A stretch of DNA of 64,000 nucleotides from Sphagnum compactum (lineage: Eukaryota). Shown in pieces: positions 1-12,756 of this stretch. The number at the start of each line of letters is the position of its first letter. Positions within the stretch are counted from its first letter, which is position 1. Made by a program: the position numbers and the translations under genes. The notes below the pieces were generated by a model. The model made no database searches, was not told where the DNA came from, and worked only from the letters and a program-made list of their open reading frames with translations. The stretch covers positions 29,998,213 through 30,062,212 of the forward strand of contig OZ234493.1 in NCBI GenBank assembly GCA_965153455.1. Reading direction: 5' to 3'.

Positions 1-3000
1 GCCGGGTAGGTTATTTCTACTACAATTGAAATGTTTTGTAACCCACAAGGTATGAAATAACCGTTTTCTTTCAATTTTTGGGTACTTGACTGTTATGGAT
101 TTGCCTTATCAAGTAATACCAGCCGGATATCAATGTTCAAGGTTTTTTGTTTTGGGGGGGGGGGGGGTCAATATCCACGTGGTATGAAATTCATGGTCGG
201 GTTTTAAATACTTGACCTAAGAACTGTGTAGGATGTCTTCAAAGCAATACCCGACCAAAAAGGGTAAGTCTGGGTAGTCAAACTACACATACCCGGCAGG
301 CCGGGTACTCTGCCAGTTCATAGTTCATGCCCTCCAGGTCAGTTATTGAAAGCGGACCCTTGTATACTGGTTGATAACCGTTACTTTTTCAATAACTGGC
401 CAACACTGGTCCTGACCAACATTTCAAAGAAAAGTTTTAATTTAGCTTAAATGCTGATCATCCATAGGAAAATGAAAGAAAAAATGGCAATCGTCCTTAG
501 GGAGATTTAGCCAAATTTAGCTATAAATCAGATATGAAATACACATCTTTAATCAACCTTCTTCATTTCTGGCTACACACTGAAAATCGATTCTAGAAAT
601 TTGGCAATTTTTAGGTATTTTTCCTCTTGCTTTTGATGATTGAAACCTCCAAAGATCATTTCATTTTCAATTTCATTCTTTGAAAAAAATCAATGGTTTT
701 ATACCCGTTCTCAAAATTTGGTACCCATCGATTTGCATGTTCAAGAAATACTTTGAGTTACCAATTTCTCTATTTACTTTTTCAGTAATATGCACCCAAT
801 AGAATGTCAAGGTAGGTTTTAGGGTAAATGATATCCCAAAAAAATCTGCATTCCCAGTGGGCTTCTCACAATTGCCAACTAACATTGATGAAGTTCAAGT
901 TATAAGGGAGAGCTGAAAGTAAATATTGGAGACTTGTGCAACCAAATAAAGAGTGACAACTCTCAAAATGTTTTATTGCTCAAGAATTCAAAATGTTCAA
1001 GGCTTTCATTGTTCAAAACTATAAAGAATATGTTTAGATGAACCATGAATGGAGATGGGTTGGTTTCGTGGTGTTCATCAAAGCTAATAGAGTTTTGTGT
1101 AAAATGTGACAATTCATGGTTCCCATTTTCTCACAGGGTTCTAAAAACAAGCTTGATTTTTTTAATAAATAAAATAAAATTATGAGAAGTTTCCAACGAT
1201 GAAAGTATCAACTTTCAAAAAAATTTAAATTTAAACTAGTTCTCACAAATGTAAATACAATTGGTTATCTCCAATAGTTCTCACAACCTAATTATTGAAT
1301 TTATTTTACTCAAACAATGAAATATGCAATGTGCACCCAAGAATGCACACTTAATATATTCCCCAATTTAGCACGACAATTTGTCCCATATTCCTTGCCC
1401 AAAAATGTGAACATGTATTGGATATATTTGAACTAACCCTTCTCACATTAATGTGTTTGTTCTAATACATTGGGGAACATTAAATACAATCTTAATCAAA
1501 ATGATCCATTGAAATAAAAACATTGAACTTTGGGATGTACTCACATTATAATGCATTCACAAGCAATAAATAGAAAAGATTACATATTACCATAATATTT
1601 GGTCTAATTTGACATTTTTATTTTTATTTTTGATTTTGTTGAAATTTTTGAAAAATGGTATATAATTAGGTCGAAAGTTTTAAAAACCTTAATTGCCATT
1701 TGCCAAACATTCACAAAATTTGGCCATTGTTCATTAGTGATCGAATGTTCAAGAAACCTTTTTTTTTGCACTAGCTCAAATATTGATTACATCAACTTAA
1801 ATATTTTATGCATTGGCTCAAAGATTATCATTGTCAAAATATCTAAAAATAATTACAATTTTTATCCAAATTTTTTAAAATTTTAATAAAAGGTGTCAAT
1901 TTGGATTTCTAAAAATTAATCAAATATTCAACAAAACCTATTGAATTAACCTAGGTATTACAGTGTTTACCCTATAATAGGTATCCCCTTCATCCTAAAC
2001 CTTTAAAATGTTCACAAGCGAAAATCATTTTATAAATTAAAAATAAAACACATGAAATTGCCAAGGGGGTGGAATTTAATGCAATTATTATCAAATGGTG
2101 ATTTTTAATAGTTGTCAAGGTAGAAACCATCCTGAAAATTGGGATGGTTCTCACTTCAATTGTGAGAATTGCGCAACATTGATACATACTAAACCAGCAA
2201 GGTCTTTATTCAATGTTTAACCAATCTCAAATGTGATAGCTTGGTTACAAATAACTTACCCTTACACCTTGTTCAACATACCATTTTTTCAATACTAGGC
2301 CAACATTAGTATACACTCTTATGTTTTAGATGTCAATATATAGCCATTGGGCTCAAGAGCTAGAAGTAGAATATTCATCCCAACTAAAGTGAACTAACAT
2401 CCACTAATGCACCATGATGGATGGATAGTGTGTGAAAAGTGCCAAAATGGTTACCATCAATTGGACAATTGAGCATATTTTGGTATAAAATAATTTAGAA
2501 AGAATAAATATTAGGTTACATTCTTTTTTTATAATAACATTTGGCAATTGGCTTTTTTTCAATGAAACCAATTTGGTTTTTTTCCATGAATATCCTACAC
2601 TTGGTCATTTTTTAATTTAGCATTTATAATGATGGACAATACTTCAATTTTAGATTCTTATCTATGGCAATGAAATGATTTTTACATGTAAAACTCAACA
2701 CCCCCGCAAAAATCAGCCCAACCAACTACCCAACTATAAACCGATCAACTATGCAACCACAAACGACTTGCCCACTCCAACAACAAGGGAGTCTTGCACT
2801 CAACAATCACAAACCCCACATCCAAATTCCAATCCAACACCCAAACCATCATTTTTCACATACAAAATTTTGCAACATATAAATAGCACCACAAATCACA
2901 ATAACACATTTACCTAATACCTCAAGATCACTACCTTTCACAATGCAATTGCTTCATCATAAAGGAAATTGGACAACGTGAATCGTTTTTTGTTAAACAT

Positions 3001-6000
3001 CATAAAACACAAGTCATTTGGTGAGTAGTTAGTTGGTCTCACAACTTGTTTTTCATTAATGAAAGATTGTTAAATGTTTTTTCATCCTCAACAAACCCCA
3101 ACACTTGAACGATTGCAATCTTTGTCAATTTCATGTAGCTTGAGCTTTTTATTCAAGATGGCAAAAAAAAAATCTTCTTTCACAATCTAGAGATTAGATT
3201 TAGATTAAAATGTTTAGCCATTATCATTTTCGCATTGTGTGACATAACCAATTTGAAAAATGAGGATTATATATCAAACAATCAAGAAGGGGGGACAATA
3301 ATCCCTTTTGTTATCCTAGGAGCAACCCACAATGTTAATTTGATAAGATTCAAATGTAAAACGAATGAATTATTTCTACTACAATAAGGTTCAACTAGTA
3401 TTGAAAGTACATAAAACCAAGGGCCATCATAATTTCATGCTCAAGAAATCACCTTTGTAACTTTGAAATTAATGTTTAGGTCCTTTCAACACATGAATTT
3501 TTCATTGTAACAACAAACTTTTTGAAAAATCTTTCATCAACCTTGATTCGAAACCCATTTGTTAAACTACAAATGTGGACAAAATTGTCTTGCAATTTTG
3601 AACATTGGGATGGTTGCAAGTTAGGATGGTTCATTTTTTGTGCATGTAACATTCCCAAAAGTCCATATTTTAATAATAAAATGGACAAAAACACCATATA
3701 AAACCAAGGTTAAAGGTGGATTATGTGGTGATTAATCAACCAACAAAGTTAGATGAATAAATACCCAACTAAAAAACTCTATGAAATACATGTTAGGGGA
3801 AAACATTCAATCTACTAAAAATGACCAAGCTAGGGATAGAACTTTTGAAATTGGGTTCAAATTCATTTTTCAAAAGTTCATAGCCATTTGTTGGTTCAAG
3901 TTTTTGTAATTCTTTTTGGAGTTCATGTTTGTTTTTTTAACATGTATCACATACTAAATCTTTATAAAGCATCTTAAAATGAAATGATATTAAAAAATGT
4001 AAATGAATCTTCATACAAATTTAGGACCACAATCCATGTTTCCAATAAATAAAAATTCATTACTATATGAAGTTTGGTGTATATTTATTGAATTTCATCA
4101 TTATGCACATATTTTTATTCAAGTTGGCAATCTTAATCTATAGAAAAAATCACATTGATGATTTTACCATACATTTATGGCATGTGAATAAAGTACATTT
4201 TGCAAAAAATCCATTGTGATGGAAAGAGTTAGCAACCCTTTCTTGCAACTACCCACCAAGAGAGAGGCAAAACCTTGTGAGAATGTGACAAACAATTATG
4301 TGAAGTTGTAACAAAAAAGAAGGGTGTATAAAGAAAACCTCTTGGACACAAGAGACTCATAGTAGAGACACAAATCCTGGGAATCAATTCCAACAACTTA
4401 CATCCTTGAGACTGCAAATTCGATACTACTAGAATTTCCCTTGGTGTTTCTACTCTGTGAAAACAAAATTCAATATTCTGGTGTGAATTGCCAACTGGCA
4501 CATACCTAGTGATCTCTTACTAACTTGTTATAATGGTACCAAACAGTTTGTTGCCAAGTACAAATCCACACGTTATAAATCCAAAATCTACTGAGGTATA
4601 GCTTGAGGTTAAAACCTTTAATGTTCAATCAGTCCATATGAGCTGCCAACAATGCAGAAAAACAATTAAGTTATTTATCTGATAAAACCTAATCTCATAA
4701 ACATCTTGGTTTCTATGTCTGGACCAAAGTATGAGTGACCTATACTAGGTTGACTTAGAACCACCTAGGAAAGACAAATTTTTGTGTGGATATTGGCTAC
4801 TAATAGATTTCTATTAACTTCCCATTTTTGTCCTTTTTTCTCTCATTTTGCCCAACCAAAAGACACCCCACTAAGGCTTCTAGCATTCACTCAGATACCT
4901 ACCTTACTATATGGATTAAAGAGAGCTTCAACCAAGGTCCCCATTCAAAATGCATATTTATCACCCTACATGCCAATATCTTCACAACTTGGACTTCCTT
5001 CTATTCATCATCAATCCTCAGCATCAACCCCTTATAGAATCTATTACTAACAAGAACACATTGCTGCCATAATGTAGTCACTGGCGTAGCGGAAATCAAA
5101 TATAACAACTACAAATCTCAACAAGCTCAACCTACCATCACTTGAAACTCATGAAGAAAGAAGAAAGACTTACCTGCATTGCTCTCGAATTTTCCTTCTT
5201 ATCCTGCTTTCCATCGCCCGACTCTCCATACCTCCATTCACTGTTGCAACTTCCTCAGCCATCCATAACTTGTTGTCGATCAATTCCACATAATATGCAA
5301 ACAAACAAAGCTTCCTACCCATGCTCACAAGTTTCCTTGAAACAGCCATTGCTACAGCTAACAAATAGTGACGAAATAATTTCCACCATTAGCATGCAGA
5401 AAGTTGACGACCACTTAGAACAAAAACCAAAACCCTAAAACTTGCTATGTTCACATGAGAAAACTATCCGATTACCTTCCTGTTCGGTCACAAAGTCATC
5501 AAACATAATATGAAGTTGGAACAATTCAAGGTGTAAGCACAATAAAATATATAACAAATTTACCTTTCCAAAATTCAATGCAAATAGATTGAAAATAGCA
5601 ACAAAATTGATCATAACATTATTATACATTGAACAATTTTACATGGATGATGAAAAACAAGATGGTCTTCAATATCATCCATTAATTTTCAAATCTTACA
5701 TCGTAAAAATAGGTTGAAAGTAGGCATTTCACAATACAAGTAATAAGTTTGCAATTTACTTTTTGTAATGTGAACATTTGCAAAGTACAAGTGAAACTAA
5801 CAAATAGCAAATAAAATCAAATATTGTTTTTGCATTTGACATTTAGAAGAAATATAAATAATTTTTTTAATATAATTTTATTTTCAATATATTGATATAC
5901 ATATCTTGAAATTTTGAAATCAATTTAATGAATATAAAATACTCAAAAACACTTTACAAACAATTGTACTCATTGTTTATACAATGTAAAAAGAATTCAT

Positions 6001-7943
6001 ATTTAACTAGTTTTGACAAATTTAATTATTTACCTATTTCTTTATTTTGAAATTTTTTGAATATAAACCTTAACATAATAATATAAGTAACATTTTAAAG
6101 ATTTTAAAAGATTTTAAAGACGATTTAAACTATATTTTTTAAATATTTAAAAAAATCTTAAAATTTTCAAAAATGTTGTTATAAAAAAAGTAATGACCTA
6201 AGGGGGTATGTGTGGCTCATGATTGACTGTTTGCACCTCAGGTGATTGCACCTTGCCTGTTTGAACCTAATTTCTAATTTCATTTATGTTTGAAACCAAA
6301 TCCAAGACAATTCTAATTTATTTTTAAAAACCAGAGATTCTTCATAAAAAATTAAAGAACCATCCAACATGGGGCATAATGGGTTTCCAATGGATGGTGC
6401 ACTGGTGGGTGCTGGTCACATAATATTATGGGACGGGCACGTGGTTGCACATTATGTTGCGTAATTTGCCCTTGGTGAGCCCATTATGGCAAGATAAGCA
6501 TTGCACCCAACAGAATAGGCAACCACAAGCTCACACCACTTTTCATTACAACACGTCAATCATAATCTCCTACCCTGGAAGTTTAGGAAGCATAATCTTC
6601 TGAACCTATAAGATTATGAACAACATCAAAGAGCACTAAAGGCTACCCAGCTTACTCTTACTTTTAAAGATGAACCAAAAGAATGACATAATAGTGAAGT
6701 AAGGAAAACATAGCACTAGAACCCTGAGTTTGGTCATATATAGGGTGAGATTAAAAAAATCCTGCAAATAAAAAAGTACTTTATCATTCAAGGGGCAGGG
6801 GAGGGGTTGAAACTCAGAAAACCATCAATTTTGGTGGTAAATTCTGTTTCATCCTATCTTTCTTTTTCGTGAGCCATCAATTTTGGTGGTGAACTGAGTT
6901 TCATCCTGTCTTTCCTTTGTCTGAGCGCCTCCACTGCTACTACATATATTTTCACTGCTCCTACCTGTACAGGTACTATAATTATACTCGAACATTGTGC
7001 ATTAAATGCTGAGTTTCATCGGTTCATACCCAGATGTAATAAAATTTCCTTGCCTTGCGGATACCTACCACTGAAAGAGGGGTTTTGGGGGTGAAAGGAG
7101 GCCCAAAGACAGGGCGAAGACAGGGTGACTTTGGGGATAACTCTAATAATTCATCACGGCTGTTAAAGCCCTTGGTGGTAGGATTCACCGGAATAAGGGT
7201 CCGCAGAGCTGAGCGTGAGTAGCTTAAGGAGCCTAGATAGCTTAAGTAGGCCCTAAACAGAGATAGGAAGGTAGGAAATGACAGAATCAGCCACCGCCAT
7301 GGCCGATTCTTCAATTTAATAAGAAGACCTGAAAAACGTGCGGAATCGGCAGCTACAGACCTTTTACGTCAGTCATTCCACAACTGAAGAATGAGTCTAA
7401 CATGGAAGAAAAAGAGGTGGAGATGGAGAGCTGAAACATTAGGGTTTTGCGGAGGGACTCATGCAAGAACGAAGAACCCCGAAATCACAATCTACAATAC
7501 TCCATCGCCGGAAGGAAGACTCAAGAAGTTGAATAATCGATCTTGATTTTCCATCTTATCTCTCTGTCTTTGCCACATCAACTAGAAGGGCGTTGGTGCA
7601 CCTGGTCAGTCAAGAAAGAAGCTTTTCCTGTGGTCAAATGGCTGCCTTTTTGGTTGTATCTTTTATTAGGGCTTCAAAGGCAAAACGCTATTCCAATGAT
7701 CCTGAAGTGTAGGAGGAATTTTTCACGAGCTCGCTTCTTTGCTTCTTGTCCAAAGGCGATGGCAACGGCCGGTGGGGGCGGCCAATTGTGGATGCACATC
7801 CGTAAACGATGATGGAAAGAAAGTCCTCACTCTTGAAGCTGCTGGTGAGTAAGTTTTGAAAGCTGTGTGGTTTGAGGTTACGGTCGGAGGGCAAGAAAGG
7901 AAGAAAAGAAGGACGGAGGAAGCAAAAAAAACGAGAGATGAGA

Positions 7944-10900
7944 ATGGGATTGTTGGGCAAACCTCTGGGCTGGGTGGACAGTGTTGGGAATAAAGTCGGC
8001 CGTCTCCTTGCTGACAAGGCGCCGTCCTTCCGATCGCATGAGCACTCGCCGTTGCTTACTGAGGATCCCGATGCAGAAGAGGTGCCCAGCTTTACTTTGT
8101 TGTCTTGTCTTTTTAGGGTTTGTGCCGTAACCCTAGCTTGGGGTGATTGATTTCATTAGAGCTCGTGAATTCGGGATTAACCTTGATGAGCTAGGAAGCA
8201 TTACCCAGCCTTATGTTTTCCTGGGAGTCTTTCTGTTCTTGTTGCCAGGTCGGGTCGAATCCTCATGGTGGCATCAGGCAATAGGGGAATTGGTTTTTTG
8301 GCCAGCAATGTGCAGCTCTCACAAGCTGAGAATGGGTTATATGATGCAAAGAGTCTTTACTCGTAGCTTACGGCATCACTATCAAAGCTAGAAGGCAATT
8401 TTTGGAGTGCTCAGAATTCAAAAGACATGGTCATGGGTGTTCTCTTAGAAGGCTGTGAATGATGGGATGATCTGTGTGTGTCTGCAGGCCCCCTTTGTGG
8501 GGGCAATCAGTGAATGAGAGTTAGGGCATTTGTGTCTGATTGGATTTTTGTTTTTTGATTTTGGCCAGGAGTTTGACACAGGATCAGAGAATGTGAATGA
8601 GAAGAGTGATCACGAAGGTGGGTGTAGGTCAAATGAATTGGAAGATTGCAGCAATGAGGACTTTGAAGGGCCTGACACATCCTCTCTTTCTGCATTCCTT
8701 TGGAATCTTCTCTCTTGCTCTGAGGCAGACATCAGAGGTGCAGAGGAGACTGCATCATCCTCAGCTGACCATGTGCAGGTGATAGATGGATCTGTTAATG
8801 TGTCTGCAAGATCAGCAAGCAATCAAGCTGGTCAAGTGCAGGCACTACTCAAAGCAGAAGCTTGTGGGGAAGAGAATGTTACAGAGGATATGGAACTAGT
8901 AAGGACTACAGGCAACAATGAAGATGAGGCTGACTGGCAGCTGGTTGATAAACATGATTTGTTCCATTCAAGGACGATAGGAAGTGTGTCAGAGCAGGCA
9001 ATGGTTTCTACAGGACCCCATGAACTTCCGGCAACATCAGATGAATCCTCTCTGATGTCTGACAGCTTACGTGGCTTTCTCCATTCAGCACTGCCTACGC
9101 TTGCCAAGGGACGACAGTGGGTGCTTCTTTACAGGTATGGACATCTAGGCAACTGCACCCATGCTATGAATGTGAGCATGTTTAATGGAATTCTTACAAT
9201 ACTTGTGTGAGTTGCCTAATGTTGTAAAGTAATGCAATGCCTGCTGATGCAGTCTTCAGAAATGCACTTTCTGAAGAGGTGTTTGTCACTTACAATGTAC
9301 ACCCTGTTTGTGATGAGCAGTACACAGAAACATGGGATGTCTCTACTTACCCTGTATCATAGATGTGCCATGCAGCCAGGGCCTTGCTTATTGGTATTGT
9401 TTTCCCCACTGAAACTGAGTTTTCTTTCAGCGCAGTCCCTGATTTGCTCTCCGTGTTTGAATTGATCCTTTCCCTGAACTGGATACTATTTTTGTCTTGC
9501 TTTCTGTGGCTTCATGGCCATGCCGAACAAAGTTTATGATTACTCTCTCTCTGTTGTTCCTCTTTATCCTATTGCAGGGTTATTATGTCAGTGTACAAAG
9601 ATTAAGCCTCATGATTGAGCAACCTCCAAGTTCTTCTCTAGATTACTAGACTGTTCATGACTGAAGACTTGGGAAACCTGTTGTAAGAGCTCTCTAATCT
9701 GAACTGGATACATTTCAATGTAAAGCTTTGCATGGCTCATATCCAGGTGGCAGGGGACACAGAGGGAGTTGTGTTTGGTGGCTTGGTGAATGCACCATTG
9801 CAACCAACACCAATGAAGAAGTACCAGGTGAAGCCTTTTGTGTGTTTGCAAACTGACTATTGTGCAACCAGTTGCCTTAGTTTTTATGTCCTTCCAACAC
9901 AAGATTATTTGATAAGGATTCTTCATCATGAGAATGGACATTTCTCTATTCTTATGAAAGATATTATTTGATAAGGTTTTGAGGCACTAGGTACAAGGAT
10001 ATGCTGTCTTGTCAGGTCCCTTGCTCCCTTTAGGGACTCTGGGGGTCTGAGTTACATTATGTGAATGGGTCCCAGTTAACTGTTGCTGGGAGGTTCTCAT
10101 TGCATGGTGCTTGCATTTGTTGTACACTATTTAATGGTTCCCTTTCATGCACTAGAGTGCTAAGTGTGTTCATCCATGTCTAATGGAAAGCTGTGATCTT
10201 TGCTTTTCTCCAGGGAACTAGTGAGTCATTTGTTTTCACAAACATTGCTGACCCTCCATACATATTTCACCCCACAGGTGAGACTTCAAGATGTTGACAA
10301 ATTCCTGTCCTGTAGAATCTCCATTCAGTGTTACAAATTTATGTGTAATTGTTGAGTCTTTTCTTTCCAAGGATTCTTCCAGCAAGCAAGGAGGCACATG
10401 TTTCTGTGGGGTCTGAAAGCAGTATTGCATCATTTACAGGCTTGAACAGATATTTTGTGCTCTGCACGACTGAGTCCCTTGCATTTGGAGGTGGTGGTCA
10501 TTTTGCCCTGCACATTGATGCAGAGTTGTGAGTAATCTGAAACTTATGGTTCTTTACAGTAACACCAAAGACAATTTGCTAACTTTACTTCCAGCCACCA
10601 CGTCTTGCAGGGATTGTCACATAATGTCTCAGAACTCTTCAAGTTGCTGGCTTAAGTTTGTGCTATTTTATTGATCGAGTCCTGAGAAGGCTCACATTGT
10701 GTCATGTACAGGCTGAATGGATCAAGTGGGGCTTGTGAGACATATGGCAACTGCTGCCTTGCTCAAAGAGAAGACTTCACCCTCAAGGATGTGGAGGTAC
10801 TTCAATCTGCCCCCCTGATTTAAGCCTCTTATAACCTTTAGCAATGTCAACCCAGTGAAGATGACAACTGCATGTTTTCCATCTATTGAAATTATTTTCA

Positions 10901-11475
10901 ACCCCAAGCTTTTGTGTCAAAGTCTGCCAAGGTCTGGTAGTGGATTGACCGTCCTTTTTTTTATCCTGTTGGTATTTGTGGTGACTCACACAAGCTGCAC
11001 TGTTGACCCTCCTACCAACAGCTAGTGTAGTACCTTCCAGCTGCAGAACTGCAGAACTGTATTTCTACTAGCCATAAACCAGGATCCAAGACCAGACACT
11101 CATTTTATCAGTCTAATTTCACAGAACCTAGAATATGCTACAGTATAAATTGGCCCTTACCATGATGGTAGCATTCACTGATTGTTGATGTAGCAAGTAG
11201 TGATACAGGTTGCCTAATCGTGGGCCAGGTTATACTTAGCAGCAGTTGATCTGCCTGGTCGACACAGTAGTGAATGGTATCTTAACCTGTTTTGAGGTAA
11301 CCTTTTACACAAAGGCTGGGACACTTGGTGAGGATCGAGACCTAGTTTAACAACACACCAATTCTAACCAATTTATTCTTGGCAGCTCTGGGGCTTTGTC
11401 CATACATCAAGGTATACTCCCTCTTATGCAATCTTCAAGGAGCCAGAGGAGGTCCCCAGTTTCAGATCATGGTAA
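7944..11475 (+). CDS. TLDc-domain (OXR1/oxidation resistance-like) protein, 8 coding exons, ~394 aa
   Basis: GT-AG exons join in frame: 7944-8081, 8569-9134, 9321-9393, 9747-9827, 10214-10277, 10440-10527, 10712-10796, 11386-11475 (alternative in-frame ATG at 7938). Product has TLDc motifs LPTLAKGRQWVLLYSTQKHGMSLLTLY, GDTEGVVFGG, KKYQGTSESFVF, TGLNRYF, LAFGGGGHFALHIDAELLNGSSGACETYGN, VELWGF. Confidence 0.93.
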
Positions 11476-12179
11476 TGGCCATGGATCTTGACCAACATGC
11501 ATAAAGTAAGCAACATCCCAAAAGTTCTGTGCAATTCATGTGAATCTATGTAGTGGCCTGGTTGTTGACGGGCACCTTGACTGCATTAATTTAGGTGCTG
11601 TCACGATGTCATAACACAAGTAAATGGAAACACCATGTACAGTTAAATAGTAGTACCATTATTGTAGTGTTTATCTAGTCTCAACTCAATAGAAGAAATT
11701 TGTGCAATCCTTTAATTGCAGATATAGGCACTCCTGTAAATAATTCTCATGATACTGCAATGAATAAATCATCTGGCTGATATCTTTGAGAAGATTTAAG
11801 AAACTATAGGCCAGGGAGAGAGAGCCATTAATTTTGAGATACAGCAAGTCCTTTTGTCTGTAGGGTGAATAGAGCTTACTGCTTTGAAGTGGACACTTTA
11901 TATAGTCTCATGCTATGCTGCTAACCTTCTTCCTGGTATTATCTCCTCACTGAAGCAGGCCACACCACCCTCCACAGGGTTGATTGTAAGGTTCTTAATA
12001 TCATGTTAAGGATCCCTCCATAGGTCCTTAATACTTGTAGGCATTCACAAGTATAGATTGATACCAATTTTGTGATGTAACTAGAGTGGGGATTGGAGGA
12101 AGATTATAACCAAATTAGGCTATAAATGAGATGTGAAGGTAAAAAATATTTAAGCATCCTTCTATGTTTTAGCTAACTA

Positions 12180-12756
12180 CTAGTGTGACCTGTGTCAGTG
12201 CCCGAAGTGTGAACAGGATTATGTAATTGTTCCAAGTGTGAACAGGACTATCTAATTGCTCCAAGTGGGAACACAACCATGACCATAGGGGCCAATTTTT
12301 GAAAAAAAAATAATTTGAAATTTGAATTAATTTCTAGAGATGAAAACTACCTAGAATTCAGTATCTGCACACCTTAGGTGTAGAAATTGTGAAATCAACT
12401 CCAAAAGAAATCTCACTCATCAAGGGCTTTCTAGCAATACCAAGAGCTTGCCCTCAAAAATCAAAAGGAGGTTTTGGTTTGGTTGATTGTTTTTGGATAG
12501 AGTTGTACAATGTTCAATAACTCTTGCACCATAAGGTTGAAACATGATGAAACCACCTTTGAGCACCCATACTCATCGAGGGCTTTCCAATGGTATCAAG
12601 AGCCTGATGGGGACACCATGGTTTGGGAGATTTGAACATGACAAACAAAATGAACATACAAGCTTCCTTAACCCCTAAATGTAAGAGTGTGACAAAATTA
12701 CATTGGAAAGTAGACCAAATTGGTCCTTCCTCATGTTTAAGGGTTAATTGATATAA
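12180..12756 (-). mobile_element. Non-autonomous Helitron-like element (decayed)
   Basis: The minus strand ends in a degenerate GC-rich hairpin then CTAG|T at 12180-12183. The 5' end is a decayed TCTATATC-like start near 12756. The internal block (GAGGGCTTTCCAATGGTATCAAGAGC...ACCATGGTTTGGGAGAT) is shared with 39060-39179 and, inverted, 27256-27440. Confidence 0.5.
12672..12743. mobile_element. 72-bp piggyBac-like MITE with TTAA target duplication
   Basis: TTAA|CCCCTAAATGTAAG ... CTCATGTTTAAGGG|TTAA. The imperfect 14-bp TIRs begin CCC. The insert is absent from the homologous position of the related repeat at ~39165. Confidence 0.5.

Noticed and set aside
2100-5700. Possible degraded TE coding remnants (LINE- or DNA-transposon-like)
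   Set aside because: Composition suggests decayed repeats, but I could not recover a diagnostic motif or termini, so no family call is supportable.
7035-7357. Telomerase RNA, RNase MRP RNA or solo LTR candidate
   Set aside because: Only an 8-nt CCCTAAAC template-like stretch, no properly spaced USE/TATA, and no GAAAGTCCCC MRP motif. The TGTA..TACA ends lack a TSD and the PBS-like TGGTAGG does not match a tRNA end I recognise.
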